Source: Pseudomonadota bacterium
GTDB taxonomy: Bacteria; Pseudomonadota; Gammaproteobacteria; Burkholderiales; Ferrovaceae
Direction of reading: 5' to 3'
DNA: 63,819 nt
NCBI GenBank assembly: GCA_021850135.1
Contig: JAJZRV010000001.1
Span: forward strand, 1 to 63,819
Shown: piece after piece, positions 52,484-63,400 of the stretch
How positions within the stretch are numbered: position 1 is the first letter of the stretch
How the letters are laid out: every line of letters starts with the position of its first letter
Made by a program: the position numbers and the translations under genes
The notes under the pieces: model-generated
Told to the model about the DNA's origin: nothing
Seen by the model: the letters and a program-made list of their open reading frames with translations, nothing else
Databases searched by the model: none

Positions 52484-53122
52484 TTACAATCCCCTCGATT
52501 TGAGTGCTTGACGGATCAGGTCGTCCATGACGGGGAAAAGTGCGCCGTTGCCGCCCGCCATGCTGGGCGAGGTGCGGAATTTTCCGTCAACAATGATCGT
52601 CGGGACGGCATCCACGCCAAACTCGATTGCCTTTTGATCACCCCGCTGCACCTTGCTTTGAATTGCAAACGAGTTGAACGCATCCACAAATTTCTGGTGG
52701 TTGACGCCCTGCTTGTCCAGCCAATCGAACAGGGTGTCCTGCGAAGAGAGATTGATCCCCTGGGTATGTAGTGCTGCAAAAATTTTTTCGTGCAGACGGT
52801 CTGCTTCGTTGATGGCCTCCAGCGCATAGTACGCCTTGGCCAATGTGGCCCATTGCGGCCGCCCAAAGCTGACCGGGATACGCTTGAATACCACATTGGA
52901 AGGCAGCTTTTTGGCCCAGGGCTCAATCATCGGGGCGAGCGAATTGCAGTGGGGGCAGGCATAGGAAAACACTTCCACCACCTCGACTTTCTTTCCGGAA
53001 TCCGTGGGTCTTGGAGGAACGACAAGCGCATAGTCCCGATCGACAACGGCTGCAAAAAGGGTGGTTGAGGCCAGCAGACCGGCGATGATCAGTCCTTTAG
53101 ATGCGTTGGAAAGCCATTTCAT
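52484..53122 (-). CDS. dsbA: thiol:disulfide interchange protein DsbA
   Basis: 212 aa with a signal peptide and the active site CPHC. Confidence 0.9.
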   Translation of the reverse strand: MKWLSNASKGLIIAGLLASTTLFAAVVDRDYALVVPPRPTDSGKKVEVVEVFSYACPHCNSLAPMIEPWAKKLPSNVVFKRIPVSFGRPQWATLAKAYYALEAINEADRLHEKIFAALHTQGINLSSQDTLFDWLDKQGVNHQKFVDAFNSFAIQSKVQRGDQKAIEFGVDAVPTIIVDGKFRTSPSMAGGNGALFPVMDDLIRQALKSRGL

Positions 53123-53139
53123 GATGATTCCGTCTCCAG

Positions 53140-53808
53140 TTAACGTGATGAGGCGTCTTTGGGTTTGACCGAGTTGACCTTGATGATGTTCGTGGAAATG
53201 CCATTATTTTTGAGCGTGGCCACCAGGGTGCGAACCTCGTCTACGGATACGATGGGACCAACGCGAACGCGATAAAGCGATTTGTCACCGGCCTCAGGTG
53301 ACAGCACTGTGGCGTCCACACCCATCAGGGCGAGGTTGGCGCGTTGGTTCTCGGCTTCGGATTCCTTGCCAAAAGCGCCCGTCTGAACAAAATAAGTCAC
53401 CGAAGCCGCGGTGTCCTGCGCCTTGGAAGCCGGGGCAGCTTCAGGTGGCACGGCCGCGCCCTGAGGCACGGGCAGGGTAGTGCCCGCTGTGGGAGGCGAA
53501 GCCTCACCCGGGACAGCGGATGGACTCTGGGGCCCGGGCATGGCAGTACCTGGAGTACCTGGAGTCACCGGACTGGGATTCATCAGCCCTTGCCGCGAAA
53601 TATCGGGCATTTCTGCAGCAGGCTTATCCGGGGCAGTGGAAGACTGCGTGGAATGAGCCACAAAAGGGCTCGGCATGCGCGTGACATACAGAGCTACTCC
53701 CGCAGAGAGCGTCACGCCCAGGACAAGTCCGGTCAAAAGCCCTTTCAAAAAAGGCATCCCACGGGCAGGAGAGGGTTTCGAGCGCTGTTCGGAAGAACGT
53801 TGAGTCAT
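53140..53808 (-). CDS. SPOR domain-containing protein (FtsN-like architecture)
   Basis: N-terminal TM segment, a Pro/Ala-rich linker, and a C-terminal SPOR-like domain (YFVQTGAFGKESEAE...YRVRVGP). Confidence 0.75.
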   Translation of the reverse strand: MTQRSSEQRSKPSPARGMPFLKGLLTGLVLGVTLSAGVALYVTRMPSPFVAHSTQSSTAPDKPAAEMPDISRQGLMNPSPVTPGTPGTAMPGPQSPSAVPGEASPPTAGTTLPVPQGAAVPPEAAPASKAQDTAASVTYFVQTGAFGKESEAENQRANLALMGVDATVLSPEAGDKSLYRVRVGPIVSVDEVRTLVATLKNNGISTNIIKVNSVKPKDASSR

Positions 53809-53821
53809 CGGTTGCTTTCCC

Positions 53822-55597
53822 TTACATGGTTTCCGGCGCGCTGACGCCCAGAAGCGCCAGTCCGTCGCGAAGCACGATGGCCACTGCGTAAATCAAAGCC
53901 AAACGAGCCAGCTTCAGGGGCTCGTCTTCCACCAAAAATTGAACTGCATTGTAATAACTGTGCAGCGCTGCCGCGAGGTCCTTCAGATAGAAAGCCACCA
54001 TGTGGGGTGCGTATTCCCGCGCCGCCAATTCGATGGTCTCGGGGTATTCCCTCAGCCATTGCATCAATGCAAACTCCTGGGGGCTGCTGAGCGGGGTCAG
54101 TGCCGCAGTCGCAAGAAGGGCAGGGTCGCCTCCCCATTTTGCCAGTACGCTGTGAATGCGTGCATGTGCATACTGAACATAATACACGGGGTTGTCATTA
54201 CTCTCGGATTTGGCCAGATCAAGGTCAAAATCGAGGTGCTGGTCCGACTTGCGCAACACGTAAAAGAAGCGGGCTGCATCCCGGCCAACTTCGGTGCGCA
54301 ACTCGCGCAGCGTCACGAATTGCCCCTTGCGCGTAGACATCTGCGCCTTTGCGCCGTGACGGTAGAGGCTTACAAACTGGACCAGGGGGACCTGCAGTCG
54401 GTCGGCTTGAAGCCCCAGCGCAATGAGCGCAGCCTTGACGCGCGGGATGTAGCCATGATGATCGGCGCCCCACACGTCCACGATGAGGTCAAACCCCCGG
54501 GCCAATTTGTTGGCATGGTAGGCAATATCCGAGGCAAAGTAGGTGAAGATGCCGTTTTCCCGCTGGACCACACGATCCTTTTCGTCGCCAAAGGCACTGG
54601 AACGAAACCATCGGGCGCCATCCTGTTCATAGATATGGCCTGCCGCCGCGAGCTGTGACACGACCCGGGCCACGGAACCGTCGTCGTAGAGAGACTGTTC
54701 GGAAAACCATTCGTCAAAGACCACGCCAAACTCTTCCAGATCCTCTCGGCAATCGGCAAGCTGTTCATGCAGCGCCAATTGATGCACAACCCGGTAGTCA
54801 TCACCCAGCAGGGCCTTGGCATTTGCAATCAGGACGTCCATGTGGGCTTCGTTTTGATCATCCGCGGCCTGATCGATATCGGCCTGTTTGACAGCAATGC
54901 CGGGAGTGCCACGCAATACGGCTTCGTCAGGCCGGACCAGACGTGCGCTCTCGACGTCACGCAGTCGGTGAGCCATGTCACTGACGTAATCGCCCTGGTA
55001 GCCGTTGGGCGGGAAAGCCACCCGGGACCCAAAACCTGCCAGGTAACGCAACCATGTCGAAACCGCCAGAATGTCCATCTGGCGCCCTGCATCATTGACG
55101 TAGTATTCGCGCTGAACCCGATAGCCCGCTTTGGCCAGGATATTGGCCAGCGAGGCGCCAAAAGCGGCTCCCCGGCCGTGACCCACATGCAGGGGGCCCG
55201 TGGGATTACTCGAAACGAACTCCACCTGGATTTTGCGCTGGTGCCCAAGGTCCACCTGGCCCCATCGGCCATTTGATTGCAATACTTCCGCGACCACGGA
55301 TTGCCTGGCCGCCGCGGTCAGAAAGATATTGATGAACCCCGGGCCGGCAACCTCGATTTTTTCGACCAATGTCGAGGAAGGCATTGCGGCGACCAAGGCG
55401 CTGGCCAATTCGCGGGGGGGGCGACGCGTCGTTTTGGCCAATTGCAGGGCCAGGGTGCAGGCAAATTCACCATGGTCAGCCTGTCGGGGGCGTTCCAGCG
55501 TAATTTCAGGTTCACTGTCCGGGGCAACTGTCCGTACGGCATCACGGAACAGGGCGACAATGCGCGAGTGCAGGGTAAGGGTGTGGGATTGAGTCAT
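53822..55597 (-). CDS. argS: arginine--tRNA ligase
   Basis: The ATG at 55597 gives MTQSHTLTL.... Has the class I HIGH-type motif NPTGPLHVGHGR and an anticodon-binding C-terminus. The track ORF extends to 55705. Confidence 0.93.
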   Translation of the reverse strand: MTQSHTLTLHSRIVALFRDAVRTVAPDSEPEITLERPRQADHGEFACTLALQLAKTTRRPPRELASALVAAMPSSTLVEKIEVAGPGFINIFLTAAARQSVVAEVLQSNGRWGQVDLGHQRKIQVEFVSSNPTGPLHVGHGRGAAFGASLANILAKAGYRVQREYYVNDAGRQMDILAVSTWLRYLAGFGSRVAFPPNGYQGDYVSDMAHRLRDVESARLVRPDEAVLRGTPGIAVKQADIDQAADDQNEAHMDVLIANAKALLGDDYRVVHQLALHEQLADCREDLEEFGVVFDEWFSEQSLYDDGSVARVVSQLAAAGHIYEQDGARWFRSSAFGDEKDRVVQRENGIFTYFASDIAYHANKLARGFDLIVDVWGADHHGYIPRVKAALIALGLQADRLQVPLVQFVSLYRHGAKAQMSTRKGQFVTLRELRTEVGRDAARFFYVLRKSDQHLDFDLDLAKSESNDNPVYYVQYAHARIHSVLAKWGGDPALLATAALTPLSSPQEFALMQWLREYPETIELAAREYAPHMVAFYLKDLAAALHSYYNAVQFLVEDEPLKLARLALIYAVAIVLRDGLALLGVSAPETM

Positions 55598-55646
55598 CGG
55601 GATCGTCTTTTCTAAGACCTCATTATAAATGGCTTGTTGCTGCTGC

Positions 55647-57629
55647 TCATAATTCCAGGGGATCCACATCAAGGACCCAGCTGACACGTGAACGAGCGAT
55701 GGCAAACAAATGGGTTTGCCAGGCGGTCAAAAAGGCCTGGAGCCGGCCCCGGTGAGTGCATTGCGCCAGCAATTGCAGGCGTGTCTTGCCGGCCAGTCGC
55801 GCCATCGGGGCAGGCACCGGATCATAAATTTCCACCCCTTCGGCAAGCGGCTTGGCCAACTGCACAGCCTCAGCCATGAAAGACTCCACGTGGCTGGCAT
55901 TTTCGGCAGCAGCCCGTAGAATCGCCTGATGAACGAAGGGTGGAAAGCCTGCCAAGCGTCTTTGTTCCAGTTCGCGCGCTGCAAAACCCTCGTAATCGTG
56001 CTCGTACAGCGCATTGAACAGGGGGTGCTCCGGAAATGCCGTTTGGATCATTACTTCCCCAGGGCGATCCGCCCTCCCCGCACGGCCTGCCACCTGGACC
56101 AATTGCGAAAAAAGGCGTTCGCTGCCCCGAAAATCGCTGCTGAACAGCGACCCGTCGACGTTCAGGGCGGCCACCAGGGTGATTTTTGGAAAATCATGGC
56201 CTTTGACCATGATCTGTGTGCCCACGATGATGTCCACGTCGCCGGATTGAATGGCCGCCGCTGTGTCCACCCAGGCATCGCGACGCGACAGCGTATCGCT
56301 ATCCACGCGCAAAATGCGCGCAGCGGGAAATTGTTCGCGCAACACGGCCTCGATTTTCTGCGTTCCGTCGCCCGTAGACTCAAGGCGCGAGTTGCCGCAT
56401 TCAGGACAATGGCGAGGAATGGCGCGCTGTTCCCCGCAGTGATGGCAACGTAACTGATGAGCGCGCAGATGTACCACCATCCGGGCGCTGCAGCGGGAAC
56501 ACTCGCTGACCCAGCCGCATTGGCTGCACAGCAGTACGGGGGCATAGCCGCGCCGGTTGATAAAGACCAGGCTTTGTTCAGCGCGTTCCAGCCGATGCTG
56601 GAGCGCCTGCAATACGGGCTTGGCGACCGACTGGGTTGTGTGCCTGGGGGGGGAGGGCACCAACTGAATGCGGGGCAGTTGCGCACCGGGTTGCGCACGT
56701 TGCGACAGTTTGAGCAGTTGGTAGCGTCCCGACTGGCTGTTCCACCAGGATTCCAGGGCAGGGGTTGCTGATCCCAGAATGATCGGGATTTCCAGCATCT
56801 GGGCCCGGACGATCGCCAGATCCCGCGCCGAGTAACGCAGCCCCTCCTGCTGTTTGTACGAAGCGTCGTGCTCTTCATCCACCACGATCAGGCCCAGTCG
56901 TGGAATGGGGCAAAGGACGGCCAGTCGTGTTCCCAAAATGACCGAGGCCTCACCACTTTGCGCCTTGAGCCAGCGCGCTACCCGCTCCTTCTCGCCCAGG
57001 TTACTGTGCAAACTGACCAAGGGGACGGCGGGCAGGCGCTGACGAAAACGCAACTCAAACTGGGGGGTGAGATTGATTTCGGGGGTGAGCACAAGGACTT
57101 GCAGGCCTTGTTGCACCCTATGCTGGATGGCGTTGAGGTAAACCTCGGTTTTGCCGCTTCCTGTGATGCCCTTGAGTAAAAAGGGCCTGAAACCAGAGGT
57201 ATGTGCGCGGATGGTTTCTGCCGCCAGGCTCTGGTCCGGGGTGAGGGAGGGAAACGGGACGGCCTCGGGGACGACAACCTTGGCCAGACGTTTGGGAGGG
57301 GACCACCCCGAAATTCGGCGTAATCCAGGCGGGAGGGCGTTCAGGACAACCGAACCCAGGGGATGGTGATAATACGCGCTGCAAAAACGCAAGAAACCGA
57401 GGTCGCTTTGGGACAGGGCTGGGACGTCCCGCCAGAGTGTCTTGACCGGTTTGATCTGTTCGGAAGGGTGATCAGAGCCGGTGTTGACCGCCAGAATGAC
57501 ACCCACCTTCTCGTCCTGACCAAAAGGCACCAGCACCCTTCGGCCAACATCTTCCGGCGTCGCAGTCGGCGCTTCGTAATCAAAGAGGCGGTTGAGAGGG
57601 AGATCGAGTGCGACCTGGACAATCGGCAT
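55647..57629 (-). CDS. priA: primosomal protein N' (replication restart helicase PriA)
   Basis: Walker A GITGSGKTEVY, DEEHD box, and a Cys-rich zinc region (CSQCG..CSRCS..CHHCG..CPECG). ATG 57629 (MPIVQVALD) is preferred over 57677. Confidence 0.92.
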   Translation of the reverse strand: MPIVQVALDLPLNRLFDYEAPTATPEDVGRRVLVPFGQDEKVGVILAVNTGSDHPSEQIKPVKTLWRDVPALSQSDLGFLRFCSAYYHHPLGSVVLNALPPGLRRISGWSPPKRLAKVVVPEAVPFPSLTPDQSLAAETIRAHTSGFRPFLLKGITGSGKTEVYLNAIQHRVQQGLQVLVLTPEINLTPQFELRFRQRLPAVPLVSLHSNLGEKERVARWLKAQSGEASVILGTRLAVLCPIPRLGLIVVDEEHDASYKQQEGLRYSARDLAIVRAQMLEIPIILGSATPALESWWNSQSGRYQLLKLSQRAQPGAQLPRIQLVPSPPRHTTQSVAKPVLQALQHRLERAEQSLVFINRRGYAPVLLCSQCGWVSECSRCSARMVVHLRAHQLRCHHCGEQRAIPRHCPECGNSRLESTGDGTQKIEAVLREQFPAARILRVDSDTLSRRDAWVDTAAAIQSGDVDIIVGTQIMVKGHDFPKITLVAALNVDGSLFSSDFRGSERLFSQLVQVAGRAGRADRPGEVMIQTAFPEHPLFNALYEHDYEGFAARELEQRRLAGFPPFVHQAILRAAAENASHVESFMAEAVQLAKPLAEGVEIYDPVPAPMARLAGKTRLQLLAQCTHRGRLQAFLTAWQTHLFAIARSRVSWVLDVDPLEL

Positions 57630-57680
57630 GGGCTGAGGGTTTTCAGGGCTTTTTGGCTGGAAATGCCGATGGGGCAAGGC

Positions 57681-57689
57681 TGTGGATAA
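57681..57689 (+). promoter_or_regulatory. perfect DnaA box (TGTGGATAA) upstream of priA
   Basis: Exact 9-mer read from the sequence. Confidence 0.5.
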
Positions 57690-57761
57690 CTCTGTTCATA
57701 ACTCCTCGCCAAGCTGAAAATCGTGACTCGTTTGCGAGGGAAGCACCCCGAAGCGATTTTT

Positions 57762-57792
57762 TATTGATTTAAATGTTTCATTTAAATCAATA
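57762..57792. repeat. AT-rich perfect inverted repeat (13-nt arms, 5-nt loop)
   Basis: TATTGATTTAAAT-GTTTC-ATTTAAATCAATA, preceded by TTTTT on the + strand. Confidence 0.8.
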
Positions 57793-57908
57793 GGTTATAA
57801 AATGCCATGTGCCGCATGTGCCGAGATGCTTGATTTTTATGTATTTGTTTCCTGAACATTACAATTGTGCATAAGCACAACGGTAAGATGCAGTAAATCA
57901 GCCGGATG

Positions 57909-58964
57909 TCAACGGGAATCGCGACTTAAGGAATGCACGGCTTCCACCATGGCAGCTACATTCTCAGGGTCGGTAAAGCGCGAAATTCCGTGTCCCAGAT
58001 TGAACACGTGACCTGCTCCCGGCCCAAAACCCTCAAGGATACGAGAAACCTCGCGGCGGATCACTTCCGGCGTGCCGAACAGCACGGAAGGATCCATGTT
58101 GCCCTGCAGCGCAACACGATCGCCAACGCGATGGCGCGCAGCGCCGATGTCGATGGTCCAATCCAGGCCGACTGCGTCAAAACCAGCATCCGCTATGGCT
58201 TCAAGCCACAGCCCTCCCCCTTTGGTAAATACGATGCTGGGAACGCGCCTTCCCTCTGCATGCCGGGTCAGGCCAGCCGCAATGCGCGACAGGTAGGCTA
58301 AAGAGAACTCCTGGTAGGCCGGGGTGGTCAAGGTGCCTCCCCAGGTATCGAATACCATGACTGCCTGGGCGCCTGCGGCAATCTGGGCATTCAGGTATTG
58401 GATGACAGCCTCGGTTGTGGTTTCCAGGATGCGATGCAGCAGATCCGGGCGGCGATAAAGCATGCCCTTGATATGACGAAAATCTTCGGAGCCGCCCCCT
58501 TCCACCATGTAGCAAGCCAGGGTAAAGGGGCTGCCAGAAAAACCGATCAACGGTACAGCCCCCCCCAGGGCGCGCCGGATCTGGGCCACGGCGTCCAGCA
58601 CGTAACGCAGGTGCTCCGTGGGATCAGGTGCGCTCAGGTTGCGGACCTCCCATTCGTCGCGGAGCGGGCGCTCCAGCTTGGGTCCCTCCCCTTCGGCAAA
58701 ATACAGCCCCAAACCCATGGCGTCCGGGATGGTGAGGATATCCGAGAACAGGATGGCGGCATCCAGGGGGTAGCGCGCCAGGGGCTGCAGGGTGACTTCA
58801 GTGGCCAGATCCGGGTTTTTGCACAGATCCAGAAAGCTGCCAGCCCGCGTTCGCGTGGCATTGTATTCAGGCAGATACCGCCCAGCCTGGCGCATGATCC
58901 AAAGGGGCGTATAGGCCGTGGGTTGGCGCAATAGCGCCTTAAGAAAGGTATCGTTTTGGAGCAT
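57909..58964 (-). CDS. hemE: uroporphyrinogen decarboxylase
   Basis: 351 aa with N-terminal [15 protein letters not shown] and overall HemE-like sequence. Confidence 0.95.
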   Translation of the reverse strand: MLQNDTFLKALLRQPTAYTPLWIMRQAGRYLPEYNATRTRAGSFLDLCKNPDLATEVTLQPLARYPLDAAILFSDILTIPDAMGLGLYFAEGEGPKLERPLRDEWEVRNLSAPDPTEHLRYVLDAVAQIRRALGGAVPLIGFSGSPFTLACYMVEGGGSEDFRHIKGMLYRRPDLLHRILETTTEAVIQYLNAQIAAGAQAVMVFDTWGGTLTTPAYQEFSLAYLSRIAAGLTRHAEGRRVPSIVFTKGGGLWLEAIADAGFDAVGLDWTIDIGAARHRVGDRVALQGNMDPSVLFGTPEVIRREVSRILEGFGPGAGHVFNLGHGISRFTDPENVAAMVEAVHSLSRDSR

Positions 58965-58972
58965 GCTGGCCC

Positions 58973-60409
58973 TTAGCGGGGGAGACTGGAACTGCCCATG
59001 AGAAACTCGTCCACAGCACGCGCGACCTGGCGGCCTTCACGGATGGCCCAGACCACCAGGGATTGACCGCGACGCATGTCGCCTGCCGCAAACACTTTGG
59101 GAACGGAAGTTTGATATTGTTCAGTATTGGCAGCCACGTTGCCCCGTGCGTCCAATGTTACTCCCAGCTGTTGCAACAGACCGGCATGGACGGGGTGCAG
59201 GTAACCCATGGCCAGCAACACCAGATCCGCCTTGATCTCGAATTCCGACCCCGCAATTTCGGACATGACCATTTGGCCATTGGCATCCTGCTTCCACTCC
59301 AGGCGCACGGCCTGGAGTTTTTCGAGGCGGCCATTGCTGCCCTTGAAGGCTTTCGTGGCTACGCTCCAGTCCCGGTTGCAGCCCTCTTCCTGGGAGGAAG
59401 AAGTACGCAGCTTCATGGGGTAGTTGGGCCAGACCAAGGGCTTGTTTTCCTTTTCCGGAGGCCGGGGCATCAATTCAAATTGGGTGACCGAGGCGGCCCC
59501 CTGGCGGATGGAGGTCCCCACACAGTCGGACCCCGTATCTCCGCCGCCGATCACCACCACATGCTTGCCGGTGGCCAGGATCTGGTCGGCGACGTCATCC
59601 CCCGCGTTGCGCTTGTTTTGTTGCGGCAGGAATGACATGGCAAAGTGCACGCCGCTGAGTTCGCGTCCGGGAACGATCAGATCGCGAGGTTGCTCGGAAC
59701 CTCCCGTCAGGACCACGGCATCGAATTCGGCCAGCAGGGCCTGGGCCTCCACCGTCACGCCCACATGCTGGTTGGTGCGAAACTCGACACCTTCCGCCGC
59801 CATTTGCGCCATGCGACGGTCGATCAGATGCTTTTCCATCTTGAAATCGGGAATGCCATAGCGCAACAGTCCGCCAACGCGGTCATTTTTCTCGAACAGT
59901 ACGACCGCGTGACCTGCACGCGCGAGCTGCTGGGCAGCAGCCATGCCGGCAGGACCAGAGCCGATCACGGCAACGCGCTTGCCGGTCTTGTGAGGGGCAA
60001 TCTGAGGTTGAACCCAGCCTGCTTCCCAGCCCTTGTCGATGATGGTGTGCTCGATGTTCTTGATCGTGACCGCATCGTCATTGATGTTGAGCACGCAGGC
60101 CGCTTCGCAAGGGGCCGGGCAGATGCGGCCGGTAAATTCCGGAAAATTGTTGGTGGAATGCAGGCTCTCCAGGGCTTCCTTCCAGTAGCCACGGTACACC
60201 AGGTCATTCCAGTCCGGGATGATGTTGTTGACCGGGCAACCGGTTTGGCAAAACGGAATGCCGCAATCCATGCAGCGTGCGCCTTGGCGGCTGACATCCG
60301 CTTCTGCGAGAGGCAGCGTGAATTCACGGTAAAAACCGATACGCTCCGACGGCGGCAGGGACTGCGGTTCCTGCCGTTTGATTTCCATGAATCCGGTGAT
60401 TTTACCCAT
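58973..60409 (-). CDS. gltD: glutamate synthase small subunit
   Basis: ATG 60409 (MGKITGFME) lies after a GGAG. Has the Fe-S Cys cluster CMDCGIPFC and the FAD/NAD motif [14 protein letters not shown]. The track ORF start is 60433. Confidence 0.92.
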   Translation of the reverse strand: MGKITGFMEIKRQEPQSLPPSERIGFYREFTLPLAEADVSRQGARCMDCGIPFCQTGCPVNNIIPDWNDLVYRGYWKEALESLHSTNNFPEFTGRICPAPCEAACVLNINDDAVTIKNIEHTIIDKGWEAGWVQPQIAPHKTGKRVAVIGSGPAGMAAAQQLARAGHAVVLFEKNDRVGGLLRYGIPDFKMEKHLIDRRMAQMAAEGVEFRTNQHVGVTVEAQALLAEFDAVVLTGGSEQPRDLIVPGRELSGVHFAMSFLPQQNKRNAGDDVADQILATGKHVVVIGGGDTGSDCVGTSIRQGAASVTQFELMPRPPEKENKPLVWPNYPMKLRTSSSQEEGCNRDWSVATKAFKGSNGRLEKLQAVRLEWKQDANGQMVMSEIAGSEFEIKADLVLLAMGYLHPVHAGLLQQLGVTLDARGNVAANTEQYQTSVPKVFAAGDMRRGQSLVVWAIREGRQVARAVDEFLMGSSSLPR

Positions 60410-63400
60410 GGTGATCTGCTCTCCGTTCTGCATCCTGTTGCTGTTCTGCCGCCAGTTCCATCAGAGCCCTGCGGTATTCCATGGGCATGACCTTGACGAA
60501 ACGGGGCAGGTACTGATCCCAGTGTTCCAGGATGTCGCGCGCCCGGCTGCTGTTGGTATAGTGAAGATGGTTCTCGATGAGTTTCTTCAGGAGAACGCAA
60601 TCGCGTTCGCCCAGATGGTTGACCTTCACCTTGCCGTGGCTGTCGAGATTGCCGCGGGATTCTTCCGAAGCGCTGTCTTCTTCAGGAATGGGCTCCAGTT
60701 CCACCATGGCGAGGTTGCAGCGGTGCTCGAAATCACCGGCTTCGTCCAGGACATAGGCCACGCCGCCACTCATGCCGGCGGCGAAGTTGCGGCCAGCCTC
60801 GCCCAGAACCACGACGGTACCACCGGTCATGTATTCGCAGCCATGGTCGCCCACCCCTTCAACCACCGCAGTGGCGCCTGAATTGCGCACGGCAAAGCGC
60901 TCGCCCGCAACGCCACGGAAGTAGCATTCGCCACCCACGGCACCGTACAACACGGTATTGCCGACGATGATGTTTTCTTCCGGCTTGATGGGGCAATCGG
61001 CCGCGGGGTAAATCACGATGCGTCCGCCAGAGAGGCCTTTGCCCACATAGTCGTTGGCTTCGCCCTCCAGTTCCAGGGTGATGCCATGCGCAAGGAAGGC
61101 GCCAAAGCTTTGCCCCGCAGTGCCGTGGGCGTGCACGACGATGGTGTCATCGGGCAAGCCTGCGTGGCCGTGGCGGCGAGCCACTTCGCCTGACAACATG
61201 GCACCGATCGTGCGGTTGACGTTGCGCACGGCAGTTTCAATGATCACAGGCTGTCGTTGCTCGAGGGCGGGTTTGGCCTGGGCAATCAGCTGATGATCGA
61301 GGGCCTGTCCCAAACCGTGGTCCTGACGCTCCTTCCAGGAACGGGCCACGTTGCCCGGCATGTCCGGGCTGTGGAAGATTCTGGAAAAATCGAGGCCACG
61401 GGCCTTCCAGTGGGAAATGCCGTGTTTCATGTCGAGCATGTCGACACGCCCCACCATCTCATCAAAGGTGCGGAAGCCCATCTGGGCCATGTATTCGCGG
61501 ACTTCTTCAGCAACGAAGAAGAAGTAGTTGATGACGTGTTCAGGCTGACCGGTGAATTTCTTGATCAACTCGGGATCCTGGGTAGCCACGCCGACCGGGC
61601 AGGTATTGAGGTGGCACTTACGCATCATGATGCATCCCTCGACCACCAGGGGTGCCGTGGCAAACCCGAATTCATCAGCGCCCAACAAGGCGCCGACCAC
61701 TACATCGCGGCCGGTTTTCATCTGGCCGTCCGCCTGGACGCAAATGCGCCCGCGCAGTCGGTTGAGCACCAGTGTTTGCTGGGTTTCGGCCAACCCGAGC
61801 TCCCAGGGAGAGCCCGCGTACTTGATGGAGGAAAGCGGAGAAGCGCCGGTGCCGCCGTCATGCCCTGAAATGGTCACATGATCTGCGTGCGCCTTGGAGA
61901 CGCCCGCGGCGATGGTGCCTACGCCGATCTCGGAGACCAGCTTGACACTGATGCGGGCTCCCGAATTGACGTTTTTGAGATCGTGGATCAACTGGGCCAG
62001 ATCTTCAATCGAGTAAATGTCGTGGTGCGGCGGCGGCGAAATCAGGCCGACACCCGGCACCGAATGACGCAACTTGCCGATGTATTTGCTGACTTTATGC
62101 CCCGGCAACTGGCCACCCTCGCCAGGCTTGGCGCCCTGGGCCATCTTGATCTGGATGTCGTCGGCATTGACCAGGTACTCGGCAGTCACCCCGAAGCGGC
62201 CGGAGGCCACCTGCTTGATGGCAGAACGCATGGAGTCGCCATTGGGCATGGGTTTGAAGCGCTGCGGATCTTCCCCGCCTTCCCCGGTATTGGATTTGCC
62301 GCCGATGCGGTTCATCGCAATGGCCAAGGTGCTGTGCGCCTCGTGGGAAATGGACCCCAAGGACATGGCGCCCGTGGCAAAGCGTTTGACGATGGACTGT
62401 GCGGGTTCCACTTCGGACAGGGGGATGGGCTGGTCGGCGTGCTTGATTTCAAACAGGCCACGCAGCGTCATCAGGCGCTGCGACTGATCGTTGATCGCTT
62501 TGGCGTATTCGCGGTAGGTGCTGTAGTTCCCCGTACGTGTGGCATTCTGAAGCTTGGAGATGCTTTCGGGGGTCCACATGTGGGCTTCACCGCGGATGCG
62601 ATAGGCGTATTCGCCCCCCGCGTCCAGGGCGTCACGGTACAGCGGCGCATCGGAAAAAGCCTGCTGGTGCAAGCGCAGCGATTCTTCGGCCACTTCAGTC
62701 AAGCCAATGCCTTCCACGGTACTGGCAGTGCCGACGAAGTATTGTTTGACGAACCCGGAGTTGAGCCCGATGGCCTCAAAAATCTGCGCGCCGCAATAGG
62801 ATTGGTAGGTGGAGATGCCCATCTTGGACATGACCTTGAGCAATCCCTTGGATACGGCCTTGACGTAGCGTTTGCGGGCTTCCTTGAGTTCCAGGTCCTG
62901 GGGCAGGTAATGGCCCATGACGGCCAGGGTTTCAAAGGCCAGGTAGGGATGGATGGCCTCGGCGCCGTAGCCTGCCAGCAATGCAAAGTGGTGCACTTCA
63001 CGGGCGGAACCCGTTTCGACGACGATGCCGGTGCTGGTGCGCAGGCCGTTTTTCACCAGATGGTGGTGTACGGCGGCCGTGGCCAGCAGTGCGGGAATCG
63101 CCAGATGTCCTGAATCCATGTCGCGATCGGACAGAATCAGGATGTTGCTGCCCTGACGCACTGCCGCCAGCACGGACTGGCAGAGCGTTTCCAGGGCGCC
63201 CGCCATCCCGGCAGCACCCTCGGCGACGGGGTAGCACATGGACAGCGTGGCGGAACGAAACTGGCCTTGGGTGAAGTCGGAGATCACCCTGATCTTTTCC
63301 ATGTCTTCCGGTGTCAAGACCGGCTGACTGACCTCCAGGCGAGGTTGGGGGTCGGCCGCGTCAAAGCCCAGCAAGTTGGGGCGGGGTCCGATGAAAGACA

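Noticed and set aside
61878-63113. 411-aa ORF antisense to gltB.
   Set aside because: Shadow ORF. gltB is continuous and conserved on the minus strand.
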